From Candidatus Latescibacterota bacterium (GTDB lineage: Bacteria; Latescibacterota; UBA2968), in assembly GCA_965204745.1 (NCBI GenBank), contig OZ242010.1:3296001-3360000 (forward strand): a stretch of DNA of 64,000 nt. Reading direction: 5' to 3'. Positions 8,848 through 18,429 of the stretch are shown one piece after another. Within the stretch, counting starts at the first letter, position 1. Every line of letters begins with the position of its first letter. The position numbers and the translations under genes were made by a program. The notes below the pieces were generated by a model that did no database searches, was not told the origin of the DNA, and saw nothing but the letters and a program-made list of their open reading frames with translations.

Positions 8848-9855
8848 TCAAGGGGTTTTCGGGGTGATTCGATAGAATTTTTCGCCCTCAAAATCTTGGT
8901 CATGGCGCAACATGCCCCAGATCGAATGGAGCAACTTTCGCATCACCGCAACGATAGCCTGCAAAGGTTTCTTGCCGCGGGCGATGAGTTGGTCATAGAA
9001 GGCTTTGACATGGCCTTCGTGTCTGATGGCCACCCAGGCAGGCATATAGAGGGCATGGCGGAGGTACTTATTCCCGGTTTTCGAGATGCGTCTTTGTGGA
9101 TTGGCGGTTCCGGATTGTTTGGGTTTGGGATCCAGGCCTGCATGTGCGACCCACTGGGGCGGTTGCATCTCCTCTGGCAAAAGGGTCAACTCGGCCAAGA
9201 GCCGCAAGGCACTCGTTTGCGCGATGCCAGGCGTCGAGCAGAGGCGTTGGTAGGCACGCTTGAGGGGCTCATCGTGCAAAACGAGATCGAGGGCTTGGCT
9301 TTCCAAGTATGCAATCCGGCGTTTGAAGTGTCGAATATTCACCTGAATATCGCGTGCGATGAGACGTGTGCTGCGGATGTGGTAGCTCTGCGCGTGGTTG
9401 CGGCTCTGTTCGCGGATGATCTCCTGCTTGAGTTGGTCAATGCGTCTGGTGAGGGCTTGCAGTTGAAGCCGTTGCTCGCTCGGCGCTTGCCAAGGCACAA
9501 AAGGCATGCGCTCGGCATAGTCGAGGATCAACAACGCATCCTTCGCATCCGTCTTCGCCCGTTGCATGCAGGCTTGGGCGTACTTGCTCATCGCTTTGGG
9601 ATTGACGACCATGACCTTTGTGTGGCGATGCCGATGCAAGGCCAAGGCCACCCCCAAACTGTAAAGCCCGGTCGCTTCGAGGCACACAGAGACCATGTGC
9701 CCGCCCTTCGTGAGCCACTTCAGCAACCGCTTATGCGCTTGGGGATCATTGGCAAAGGTCGCTTGCATGACAGCTTGTCCGGGTCTGGACAGGGCAACGG
9801 ACAACGTGCGGGCACTGACATCAATGCCGGCAAAAGCGGGGTGAGATTTCGACAT
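8848..9855 (-). CDS. IS110 DEDD recombinase/transposase
   Basis: Same motifs as copy 1; start MSKSHP behind AGGAGG. Confidence 0.95.
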   Translation of the reverse strand: MSKSHPAFAGIDVSARTLSVALSRPGQAVMQATFANDPQAHKRLLKWLTKGGHMVSVCLEATGLYSLGVALALHRHRHTKVMVVNPKAMSKYAQACMQRAKTDAKDALLILDYAERMPFVPWQAPSEQRLQLQALTRRIDQLKQEIIREQSRNHAQSYHIRSTRLIARDIQVNIRHFKRRIAYLESQALDLVLHDEPLKRAYQRLCSTPGIAQTSALRLLAELTLLPEEMQPPQWVAHAGLDPKPKQSGTANPQRRISKTGNKYLRHALYMPAWVAIRHEGHVKAFYDQLIARGKKPLQAIVAVMRKLLHSIWGMLRHDQDFEGEKFYRITPKTP

Positions 9856-9909
9856 GGGGGCCTCCTGTGATGAGGGGGTTGTAAGGGATCTGGTGCGCGC
9901 TCGGGGTCG

Positions 9910-10110
9910 CGTCCCGACCATTGACGCCAAGTCTACCGGTCTTGTATATGCAGCCTCAAGGGGCTTAGATACTCTTCGGCATAGACCCGGCGGTCGGGGG
10001 GCCTATCTTACCTACAAGGTCATCGCCTTCAAGAGGGGCCGGCCTTCCCCGAGCCGGGCATCAAGATGGCTTATCTCGATACGAGGGCGCAACTCCTAAT
10101 TAACCCTTAC
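9910..10110 (-). ncRNA. Predicted IS110 bridge RNA, copy 2 (boundaries approximate)
   Basis: Same four guide segments as copy 1, on the minus strand. Confidence 0.8.
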
Positions 10111-10437
10111 TTCCAAGATACAAGAGGGGAGAGGGCTTGCGAGGAGGACATGCACAGGGGCCTATCCCTACGGTTGATGGCGACGGGGTGTGCGAAGGAC
10201 ATAGCGGGAGAACGATGAAGCGGCTGTAGGGTTGTGGGGGTAATCCGCGCAATCTGTGTAATCCGTTTAATCCGCGATTCAGACACGGCGGGGACGAGAC
10301 GGGCACGCACGGGTGGTTGGGCAGAGCGGCTGGGAATATCCCTTGACATCATTATCAGGCAGGCTGTATATTGCTTCTCGTCAAGCCATCCTCTATTCGT
10401 GAGCTGGACACCTACCCCCAACGCAAAGGAGAGAATC

Positions 10438-13400
10438 ATGCATAACCGGATTTTTTCAACAGGCTTGTTGATGACCGCGCTCACAGCGCTGGTCTTTCTG
10501 AGCTATCGGGTCGTTGCCGAACCCGATGCCCAAGGCGGCGCGACGGCTGGGGGATCTTCCCCTTCCGAAAGCCCGTCCTCGAGTGATATGCTCACCACGA
10601 CAAACCGGATCTCGTTTAACGTTCCTACGACTTCCACGGCCGATTTTGATGCCGATGGGATGGTAGGCTTTTCCGACTTCTTGGCGTTTGCAGGGCAGTA
10701 TGGCACGCGACAAGGGGATGGCAGATACCAAGCGAAGTATGATTTGGATAGCGATGGTGCGATAGACTTGCAGGATTTTCTGAGTTTTGCCGGCAGTTAT
10801 GGCAACACAGTACCTCCTCCACCTCCTAGTGGTGGCGGTACGCCCAAGATGTACTGGAGGGACAATGTCACGGATAAGATTCAGCGTGCCAACCTCGATG
10901 GCTCCAATGTCGAAGACCTCATCACCACAGGATTGAGGAATCCACGGGGCATCGCGCTAGATGTGGGACGCGGAAAGATGTACTGGACGGACAGGGACAC
11001 GGATAAGATTCAGCGTGCCAACCTCGATGGCTCCAATGTCGAAGACCTCATCACCACAGGATTGAGGAATCCACGGGGCATCGCGCTGGATGTGGGACGC
11101 GGAAAGATGTACTGGACGGACTGGGACACGGATAAGATTCAGCGTGCCAACCTCGATGGCTCCAATGTCGAAGACCTCATCACCACAGGATTGAGGGGGC
11201 CAGAGGGCATCGCGCTGGATGTGGGACGCGGAAAGATGTACTGGACGGACTATGGCACGGATAAGATTCAGCGTGCCAACCTCGATGGCTCCCAGGTTGA
11301 AGACCTCATCACCACAGGATTGAGCAATCCATCTGGCATCGCGCTAGATATGGGACGCGGAAAGATGTACTGGACGGACTATGGCACGGATAAGATTCAG
11401 CGTGCCAACCTCGATGGCTCCCAGGTTGAAGACCTCATCACCACAGGATTGAGCAATCCATCTAGCATCGCGCTGGATGTGGGACGCGGAAAGATGTACT
11501 GGACGGACTGGGACACGGATAAGATTCAGCGTGCCAACCTCGATGGCTCCCAGGTCGAAGACCTCATCACCACAGGATTGAGGACGCCAGGTGGCATCGC
11601 GCTGGATACTCAGGGAACCGGTAGTGCCGGTAGTGGCAGTGGTGGGGGTAGCAGTGGTCCTGACCTGATCGTTGAATCGCCTTCGGTCAGCGATAGCACC
11701 TTGACGCCTGGGCAATCCTTCACCCTGCACGCCACAGTTCGCAACCGGGGCACGGCTCGGTCAGCCTCGACGACCTTGCGCTACTACCGCTCGTCCGACG
11801 CGACGATCTCCACGAGCGATACAGAAGTGGGCACGGATTCGGTCAGCGGTCTGTCCGCTTCGGGCACGGGTTCGGAATCGATCAGTCTGACTGCTCCGTC
11901 GAGTACCGGCACGTATTACTACGGCGCGTGCGTGGCAAGCGTCAGCGACGAGAGCAACACCGACAACAACTGCTCGGCTGCCGTCGTGCGCGTCACGGTG
12001 AGTAGCGGTGGCGGTACGCCCAAGATGTACTGGACAGACTGGGGCACGGATAAGATTCAGTGTGCCAACTTGGATGGCTCCAATGTCGAAGACCTCATCA
12101 CCACAGGATTGACTACGCCAGTTGGCATCGTGCTGGATGTGGTACGCGGAAAGATGTACTGGACAGACTGGGGCACGGATAAGATTCAGCGTGCCAACTT
12201 GAATGGCTCCTATGTCGAAGACCTCATCACCACAGGATTGAGGGGGCCACGGGGCATCGCGCTAGATATGGGACGCGGAAAGATGTACTGGACGGACTCT
12301 GGCACGGATAAGATTCAGCGTGCCAACCTCGATGGCTCCAATGTCGAAGACCTCATCACCACAGGATTGAGTTATCCATATGGCATCGCGCTAGATGTGG
12401 GACGCGGAAAGATGTACTGGACGGACAGGGAAACGGATAAGATTCAGCGTGCCAACTTGGATGGCTCCAATGTCGAAGACCTCATCACCACAGGATTGAG
12501 CAATCCATCTGGCATCGCGCTGGATGTGGGACGCGGAAAGATGTACTGGACGGACAATGGCACGGATAAGATTCAGCGTGCCAACCTCGATGGCTCCAAT
12601 GTCGAAGACCTCATCACCACAGGATTGAGGAATCCACAGGGCCTCGCGCTGGATGTGGGCCGCGGAAAGATGTACTGGACGGACCCTGACACGGAGAAGA
12701 TTCAGCGTGCCAACCTCGATGGCTCCAATGTCGAAGACCTCATCACCACAGGATTGAGGAATCCACAGGGCCTCGCGCTGGATACTCAGGGAACCGGTAG
12801 TGCCGGTAGTGGCAGTGGTGGGGGTAGCAGTGGTCCTGACCTGATCGTTGAATCGCCTTCGGTCAGCGATAGCACCTTGACGCCTGGGCAATCCTTCACC
12901 CTGCACGCCACAGTTCGCAACCGGGGCACGGCTCGGTCAGCCTCGACGACCTTGCGCTACTACCGCTCGTCCGACGCGACGATCTCCACGAGCGATACAG
13001 AAGTGGGCACAGATTCGGTCAGCGGTCTGTCCGCTTCGGGCACGGGTTCGGAATCGATCAGTCTGACTGCTCCGTCGAGTACCGGCACGTATTACTACGG
13101 CGCGTGCGTGGCAAGCGTCAGCGACGAGAGCAACACCGACAACAACTGCTCGGCTGCCGTCGTGCGCGTCACGGTGAGTAGCGGTGGCGGTGGCGGTACG
13201 CCCAAGATGTACTGGGTGGACCCTGGCACGGATAAGATTCAATATGCCAACTTGGATGGCTCCAATGTCGAAGACCTCATCACCACAGGATTGAGGGGGC
13301 CATTGGGCATCGCGCTGGATGTGGGACGCGGAAAGATGTACTGGACGGACTGGCGCACGAATAAGATTCAGCGTGCCAACTTGGATGGCTCCAATGTCGA

Positions 13401-16400
13401 AGACCTCATCACCACAGGATTGAGTTCGCCAGAAGGCATCGCGCTAGATGGACGCGGAAAGATGTACTGGACGGACTCTGGCACGGATAAGATTCAGCGT
13501 GCCAACTTGAATGGCTCCTATGTCGAAGACCTCATCACCACAGGATTGAGTTATCCACAGGGCATCGCGCTAGATATGGGACGCGGAAAGATGTACTGGA
13601 CGGACCCTGTCACGGATAAGATTCAGCGTGCCAACCTCGATGGCTCCAATGTCGAAGACCTCATCACCACAGGATTGAGGTCGGCATCAGGCATCGCGCT
13701 AGATGTGGGACGCGGAAAGATGTACTGGACGGACTCTGGCACGCCTGGGTACCAGGGCACGAAGAAGATTCAGCGTGCCAACTTGGATGGCTCCAATGTC
13801 GAAGACCTCATCACCACAGGATTGTGGGGGCCAGAGGGCATCGCGCTGGATGTGGGCCGCGGAAAGATGTACTGGACGGACCCTGGCACGGATAAGATTC
13901 AGCGTGCCAACCTCGATGGCTCCAATGTCGAAGACCTCATCACCACAGGATTGAGTGTGCCATTGGGCATCGCGCTGGATACTCAGGGAACCGGTAGTGC
14001 CGGTAGCGGCAGTGGTGGGGGTAGCAGTGGTCCTGACCTGATCGTTGAATCGCCTTCGGTCAGCGATAGCACCTTGACGCCTGGGCCATCCTTCACCTTA
14101 CAAGTCACCGTTCGCAATCGGGGCACGGGGCAATCAGCCTCGACGACCTTGCGCTACTACCGCTCGTCCGACGCGACGATCTCCACGAGCGATACAGAAG
14201 TGGGCACAGATTCGGTCAGCGGTCTGTCCGCTTCGGGCACGGGTTCGGAATCGATCAGTCTAACTGCTCCGTCGAGTACCGGCACGTATTACTACGGCGC
14301 GTGCGTGGCAAGCGTCAGCGGCGAGAGCAACACCGACAACAACTGCTCGGCTGCCGTGCGCGTCACGGTCAGTGGTAGCGGTAGCGGCGGTGGCGGCACA
14401 CCTACTAAGATGTACTGGATATCCGGTACCAAGATTCAGCGGGCCAACCTCGATGGGTCCGAGGTCGAAGACCTCATCACCACAGGATTGAGGAATCCAC
14501 GGGGCATCGCGCTGGATGTGGGACGCGGAAAGATGTACTGGACGGACTGGGACACGGATAAGATTCAGCGTGCCAACCTCGATGGCTCCAATGTCGAAGA
14601 CCTCATCACCACAGGATTGAGGGGGCCAGAGGGCATCGCGCTGGATGTGGGACGCGGAAAGATGTACTGGACAGAGAACCTCGGAGCCACCGACAGGATT
14701 CGGAGGGCGAACCTTGATGGGTCCGAGGTCGAAGTCGTCGTGAAACCAGGAGGCGGAGGTCCGGTCGCGCTGGGGCTAGGAAAGATATACTGGGCGACCC
14801 GTAGTAGTATTCAGCGGGCCAATCTCGATGGCTCCGAGGTCGAAGACCTCATCACCACAGGATTGAGGGGGTCACGGGGCATCGCGCTGGATGTGGGGCG
14901 AGGAAAGATATACTGGAAGGACAATTCTTACCCGTATAAGATTCAGCGGGCCAACCTCGATGGGTCCGAGGTTGAAGACCTCATCACAGGATCGGGGTAT
15001 GGAGGAGGCATCGCGCTGGATGTGGGGCGAGGAAAGATATACTGGACGAACGGCAGAAGTAAGATTCAGCGGGCCAACCTCGATGGGTCCGAGGTCGAAG
15101 ACCTCATCACAGGATTGGATGCTCCAAACGGCATCGCGCTGGACGGTCTTGCTGTTAGCGAGGGTGCTGGTCTCGACCTGATCGTTGGCTCGCCTGAGGT
15201 CAGCGACAGCCTACTGGCGCCTGGGCAATCCTTCTCCCTGCGCGCAAGAGTTCGCAACAGCAGCCCGGTATGGTCCGCCGCAACGACCTTGCGCTACTAC
15301 CGCTCAACGGACGCGACAATCTCCACCAGCGATACACCCGTCGGCACGAACGAGGTGGGCGAGCTGTCGGCTTGGGGCACGAGTTTGGAAGCGATCGATC
15401 TGACGGCCCCGTCAAATACCGGCACGTATTACTACGGCGCGTGTGTCGAAAGCGTCAGCGGCGAGAGCAAGACCAATAACAACTGCTCGGATGCCGTGCG
15501 CGTTACGGTGAGTAGCGGTGGTGGTGGCGGTGGCGGCACACCTAATAAGATGTACTGGATATCCGGTACCAAGATTCAGCGGGCCAACCTCGATGGGTCC
15601 TATATCGAAGACCTCATCACCGGAGGGGAGTGGCCAAGAGGCCTCGCGCTGGATGTGGGGCGAGGAAAGATATACTGGACGATCTCTAGTAGTATTCAGC
15701 GGGCCAACCTCAATGGGTCCGAGGTCGAAGACCTCATCACAGGATCGGGGTATAAAGGAGGCCTCGCGCTGGATGTGGGGCGAGGAAAGATATACTGGAA
15801 GGACAATTCTTACCCGTATAAGATTCAGCGGGCCAACCTCGATGGGTCCGAGGTTGAAGACCTCATCACAGGATCGGGGTCTGAAGGAGGCCTCGCGCTG
15901 GATGTGGGGCTAGGAAAGATGTACTGGACGACCCGTAGTAGGATTCAGCGGGCCAATCTCGATGGCTCCGAGGTCGAAGACCTCATCACCAGATTGGCCG
16001 ACCTAGGAGGCATCGCGCTGGATGTGGGGCGAGGAAAGATGTACTGGAAGGGCAATTCTTACCCGTATAAGATTCAGCGGGCCAACCTCGATGGGTCCGA
16101 GGTCGAAGACCTCATCACAGGATCGGGGTCTGAAGGAGGCCTCGCGCTGGATGTGGGGCTAGGAAAGATGTACTGGACGACCCGTAGTAGGATTCAGCGG
16201 GCCAATCTCGATGGCTCCGAGGTCGAAGACCTCATCACCAGATTGGCCGACCTAGGAGGCATCGCGCTGGCACTGGACGATCTTGCTGTCAGCGAGGCCA
16301 CTGGTTTCGACTTAGTCGTTGAATCGCCTTCGGTCAGCGACAGCCTACTGACGCCTGGGCAATCCTTCTCCCTGCGCGCAAGAGTTCGCAACAGCAGCAC

Positions 16401-17832
16401 GATACGGTCCGCCGCAACGACCTTGCGCTACTACCGCTCAACGGACGCGACAATCTCCACCAGCGATACACCCGTCGGCACGGACGAGGTCGGCGCGCTG
16501 TCGGCACGGGGCATGAGCCGGGAATCGATCACTTTGACTGCCCCGTCAAATACCGGCACGTATTACTACGGCGCGTGTGTCGAAAGCGTCAGCGGCGAGA
16601 GCAATACCAATAACAACTGCTCAACCAGCGTACGCATCACGGTGAGTAGGTTCGACCTGATCGTTGAATCGCCTTCGGTCAGCGACAGCCTACTGGCGTT
16701 CGGGCAATCCTTCACCCTGCGCGCCACAGTTCGCAACCGTAGCACGATACGGTCCGCCGCAACGACCTTGCGCTACTATCGCTCAACGGACGCGACAATC
16801 TCCACCAGCGATACATCCGTCGGCACGGACGCGGTGGGCGAGTTGTCAGCTTCGGGCACGAGTTCGGAATCGATCACTTTGACTGCCCCGTCAAATACCG
16901 GCACGTATTACTACGGCGCGTGTGTCGAAAGCGTCAGCGGCGAGAGCAATACCAATAACAACTGCTCAACCAGCATACGCGTCATGGTGCGCGCTGGTTT
17001 CGACTTGGTCGTTGGCTCGCCTGAGGTCAGCGACAGCCTACTGACGTTAGGGCAATCCTTCACCCTGAGCACCACAGTTCGCAACCGCAGCACGATACGG
17101 TCCGCCGCAACGACCTTGCGCTACTACCGCTCAACGGACGCGAGGATCGACACCAGCGATACATCCGTCGGCACGGACGCGGTGGGCGAGTTGTCAGCTT
17201 CGGGCACGAGTTCGGAATCGATCACTCTGACTCCGTTAAATATGGGAGACTACTACTATGGGGCCTGTGTCGAAGAAGCTACGTGGGAGAGCGATTCCCA
17301 GAACAACTGCTCGGATGGAGTGCACGTCTCCGTGGGATTGGTCATAGCCCCGGGCGCGAGAAAACAATACATAGCGAAGTTTCCTGCCAATTTTTCTTAT
17401 CAGCCTTCTTTTGAGACTATCTCGTATCGCGTCGTGTCGTCAGCCGTGGACTCTGGCTTATTAGGTGTGTCAAATGTTGATGTTAGCATAACTTGGCGCG
17501 ACCAGTTTGGAGTTGTTCGCTCAGTAACTGAAGTGAGATTTACTTACAATCTGTCCGTACGCTCATCAACACCCTTAAATACTACGCTACGGGCTAGAAT
17601 GACTTATAAGATAGTCTCGGCGATAGTCGGGAGCGAGGAGTTCACCTCCGGTGCTGTGGCGACTTATACTGTTCCATTAACGATTTTTGTTAGGGACAGC
17701 GGTAGTGCCAAGTTGACCGCCGGAGACGCGGAGTCGGCGACGCCAGTCCAAGAGCAAGACCGTTTGCCCCCGTCATCAGCACGGATCAACCTAAAACGCT
17801 CTATCGAGCAACCTAGAAATCCCTCACCATAA
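10438..17832 (+). CDS. Giant secreted repeat protein: EF-hand/dockerin-like pair, five 6-bladed YWTD (LDL-receptor class B) propellers, seven CARDB/Ig-like domains
   Basis: AAGGAG RBS before ATG 10438; signal peptide; DFDADG/DLDSDG motifs; 43-aa repeats KMYWTD..KIQRANLDGS..GIALD; DLIVESP...YYYGACV...NNCS domains. Confidence 0.88.
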   Translation: MHNRIFSTGLLMTALTALVFLSYRVVAEPDAQGGATAGGSSPSESPSSSDMLTTTNRISFNVPTTSTADFDADGMVGFSDFLAFAGQYGTRQGDGRYQAKYDLDSDGAIDLQDFLSFAGSYGNTVPPPPPSGGGTPKMYWRDNVTDKIQRANLDGSNVEDLITTGLRNPRGIALDVGRGKMYWTDRDTDKIQRANLDGSNVEDLITTGLRNPRGIALDVGRGKMYWTDWDTDKIQRANLDGSNVEDLITTGLRGPEGIALDVGRGKMYWTDYGTDKIQRANLDGSQVEDLITTGLSNPSGIALDMGRGKMYWTDYGTDKIQRANLDGSQVEDLITTGLSNPSSIALDVGRGKMYWTDWDTDKIQRANLDGSQVEDLITTGLRTPGGIALDTQGTGSAGSGSGGGSSGPDLIVESPSVSDSTLTPGQSFTLHATVRNRGTARSASTTLRYYRSSDATISTSDTEVGTDSVSGLSASGTGSESISLTAPSSTGTYYYGACVASVSDESNTDNNCSAAVVRVTVSSGGGTPKMYWTDWGTDKIQCANLDGSNVEDLITTGLTTPVGIVLDVVRGKMYWTDWGTDKIQRANLNGSYVEDLITTGLRGPRGIALDMGRGKMYWTDSGTDKIQRANLDGSNVEDLITTGLSYPYGIALDVGRGKMYWTDRETDKIQRANLDGSNVEDLITTGLSNPSGIALDVGRGKMYWTDNGTDKIQRANLDGSNVEDLITTGLRNPQGLALDVGRGKMYWTDPDTEKIQRANLDGSNVEDLITTGLRNPQGLALDTQGTGSAGSGSGGGSSGPDLIVESPSVSDSTLTPGQSFTLHATVRNRGTARSASTTLRYYRSSDATISTSDTEVGTDSVSGLSASGTGSESISLTAPSSTGTYYYGACVASVSDESNTDNNCSAAVVRVTVSSGGGGGTPKMYWVDPGTDKIQYANLDGSNVEDLITTGLRGPLGIALDVGRGKMYWTDWRTNKIQRANLDGSNVEDLITTGLSSPEGIALDGRGKMYWTDSGTDKIQRANLNGSYVEDLITTGLSYPQGIALDMGRGKMYWTDPVTDKIQRANLDGSNVEDLITTGLRSASGIALDVGRGKMYWTDSGTPGYQGTKKIQRANLDGSNVEDLITTGLWGPEGIALDVGRGKMYWTDPGTDKIQRANLDGSNVEDLITTGLSVPLGIALDTQGTGSAGSGSGGGSSGPDLIVESPSVSDSTLTPGPSFTLQVTVRNRGTGQSASTTLRYYRSSDATISTSDTEVGTDSVSGLSASGTGSESISLTAPSSTGTYYYGACVASVSGESNTDNNCSAAVRVTVSGSGSGGGGTPTKMYWISGTKIQRANLDGSEVEDLITTGLRNPRGIALDVGRGKMYWTDWDTDKIQRANLDGSNVEDLITTGLRGPEGIALDVGRGKMYWTENLGATDRIRRANLDGSEVEVVVKPGGGGPVALGLGKIYWATRSSIQRANLDGSEVEDLITTGLRGSRGIALDVGRGKIYWKDNSYPYKIQRANLDGSEVEDLITGSGYGGGIALDVGRGKIYWTNGRSKIQRANLDGSEVEDLITGLDAPNGIALDGLAVSEGAGLDLIVGSPEVSDSLLAPGQSFSLRARVRNSSPVWSAATTLRYYRSTDATISTSDTPVGTNEVGELSAWGTSLEAIDLTAPSNTGTYYYGACVESVSGESKTNNNCSDAVRVTVSSGGGGGGGTPNKMYWISGTKIQRANLDGSYIEDLITGGEWPRGLALDVGRGKIYWTISSSIQRANLNGSEVEDLITGSGYKGGLALDVGRGKIYWKDNSYPYKIQRANLDGSEVEDLITGSGSEGGLALDVGLGKMYWTTRSRIQRANLDGSEVEDLITRLADLGGIALDVGRGKMYWKGNSYPYKIQRANLDGSEVEDLITGSGSEGGLALDVGLGKMYWTTRSRIQRANLDGSEVEDLITRLADLGGIALALDDLAVSEATGFDLVVESPSVSDSLLTPGQSFSLRARVRNSSTIRSAATTLRYYRSTDATISTSDTPVGTDEVGALSARGMSRESITLTAPSNTGTYYYGACVESVSGESNTNNNCSTSVRITVSRFDLIVESPSVSDSLLAFGQSFTLRATVRNRSTIRSAATTLRYYRSTDATISTSDTSVGTDAVGELSASGTSSESITLTAPSNTGTYYYGACVESVSGESNTNNNCSTSIRVMVRAGFDLVVGSPEVSDSLLTLGQSFTLSTTVRNRSTIRSAATTLRYYRSTDARIDTSDTSVGTDAVGELSASGTSSESITLTPLNMGDYYYGACVEEATWESDSQNNCSDGVHVSVGLVIAPGARKQYIAKFPANFSYQPSFETISYRVVSSAVDSGLLGVSNVDVSITWRDQFGVVRSVTEVRFTYNLSVRSSTPLNTTLRARMTYKIVSAIVGSEEFTSGAVATYTVPLTIFVRDSGSAKLTAGDAESATPVQEQDRLPPSSARINLKRSIEQPRNPSP

Positions 17833-17865
17833 ACTGCCTACCGCAACAACAGCGGCTAGGATGGC

Positions 17866-18111
17866 GTGCGCGTTACGGTGAGTAGTGGTGGCGGCAGTGG
17901 CAGTCTCGGTGCTTGCCGTGTGGGGATGGTCGTGCGTCCCAACCAGAGTTGTCAGATCGGCGGTGGAGCGTTTAGAAATGTCGGCGGTGGGTGCTTCGTT
18001 TATACTCCCTCCGGTAGCGGCAGGTTTTGCACTGACAGCTTCAATTTGAACGGATTTAGAGGGAGTCGGGTGGGCGACGATTTCAGGATTGACGTTGCCC
18101 TAACCGGTTAG
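17866..18111 (+). pseudogene. Orphan Cys-rich C-terminal module of the giant-protein family
   Basis: Begins with the same VRVTVSSGGG linker and DNA as the CARDB ends in the upstream gene; four Cys; weak RBS. Confidence 0.5.
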
Positions 18112-18160
18112 AGCTGATAACGGCACAAGCCCTCGCAGTGGCCTCTGAAGGTAGGAGCCT

Positions 18161-18223
18161 GTTGCGAGGGCTTGTGCATACATAGAACAATGGCGGGCGA
18201 TGTTCCCAAAGCCGCTGACCACT
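18161..18223. repeat. 63-bp direct repeat, copy A, overlapping the 15-bp-arm hairpin at 18123-18177
   Basis: Matches 19532-19594 with two mismatches. Confidence 0.9.
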
Positions 18224-18429
18224 GCTTGTGGCAGGAGATGCGAAGGACATAGCGGGGAGAACGATGAAGCGGCGGTAGGGGTGTGGGTGGATCTTGCCTC
18301 TTACTTGGGGATAGGGCTTGCGGTGGGGCGGAGCGGCTGGGGAAAATCACTTGACATCGCGAGCGGGATTGGAGATTATTTATTTTGTTCCGCAAGTCGT
18401 TCAAACAATGACACGTCAGGAGGCGCCCC

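Larger units (their letters stand above)
8829..10121 (-). mobile_element. IS110-family element, copy 2
   Basis: Near-identical to copy 1; core AAGA at 8829-8832 and 10122-10125; flanked by GAGGNNA heptamers. Confidence 0.93.

Noticed and set aside
10234-10437. Longer N-terminus for the giant protein
   Set aside because: Extension runs through repeat and promoter sequence; RBS and signal peptide support ATG 10438
10840-16270. 129-bp repeats with variable spots as a CRISPR array or DGR target
   Set aside because: Repeats are in-frame coding units of one ORF; no unique spacers, cas genes, reverse transcriptase or template repeat in the window, and variation is not adenine-restricted
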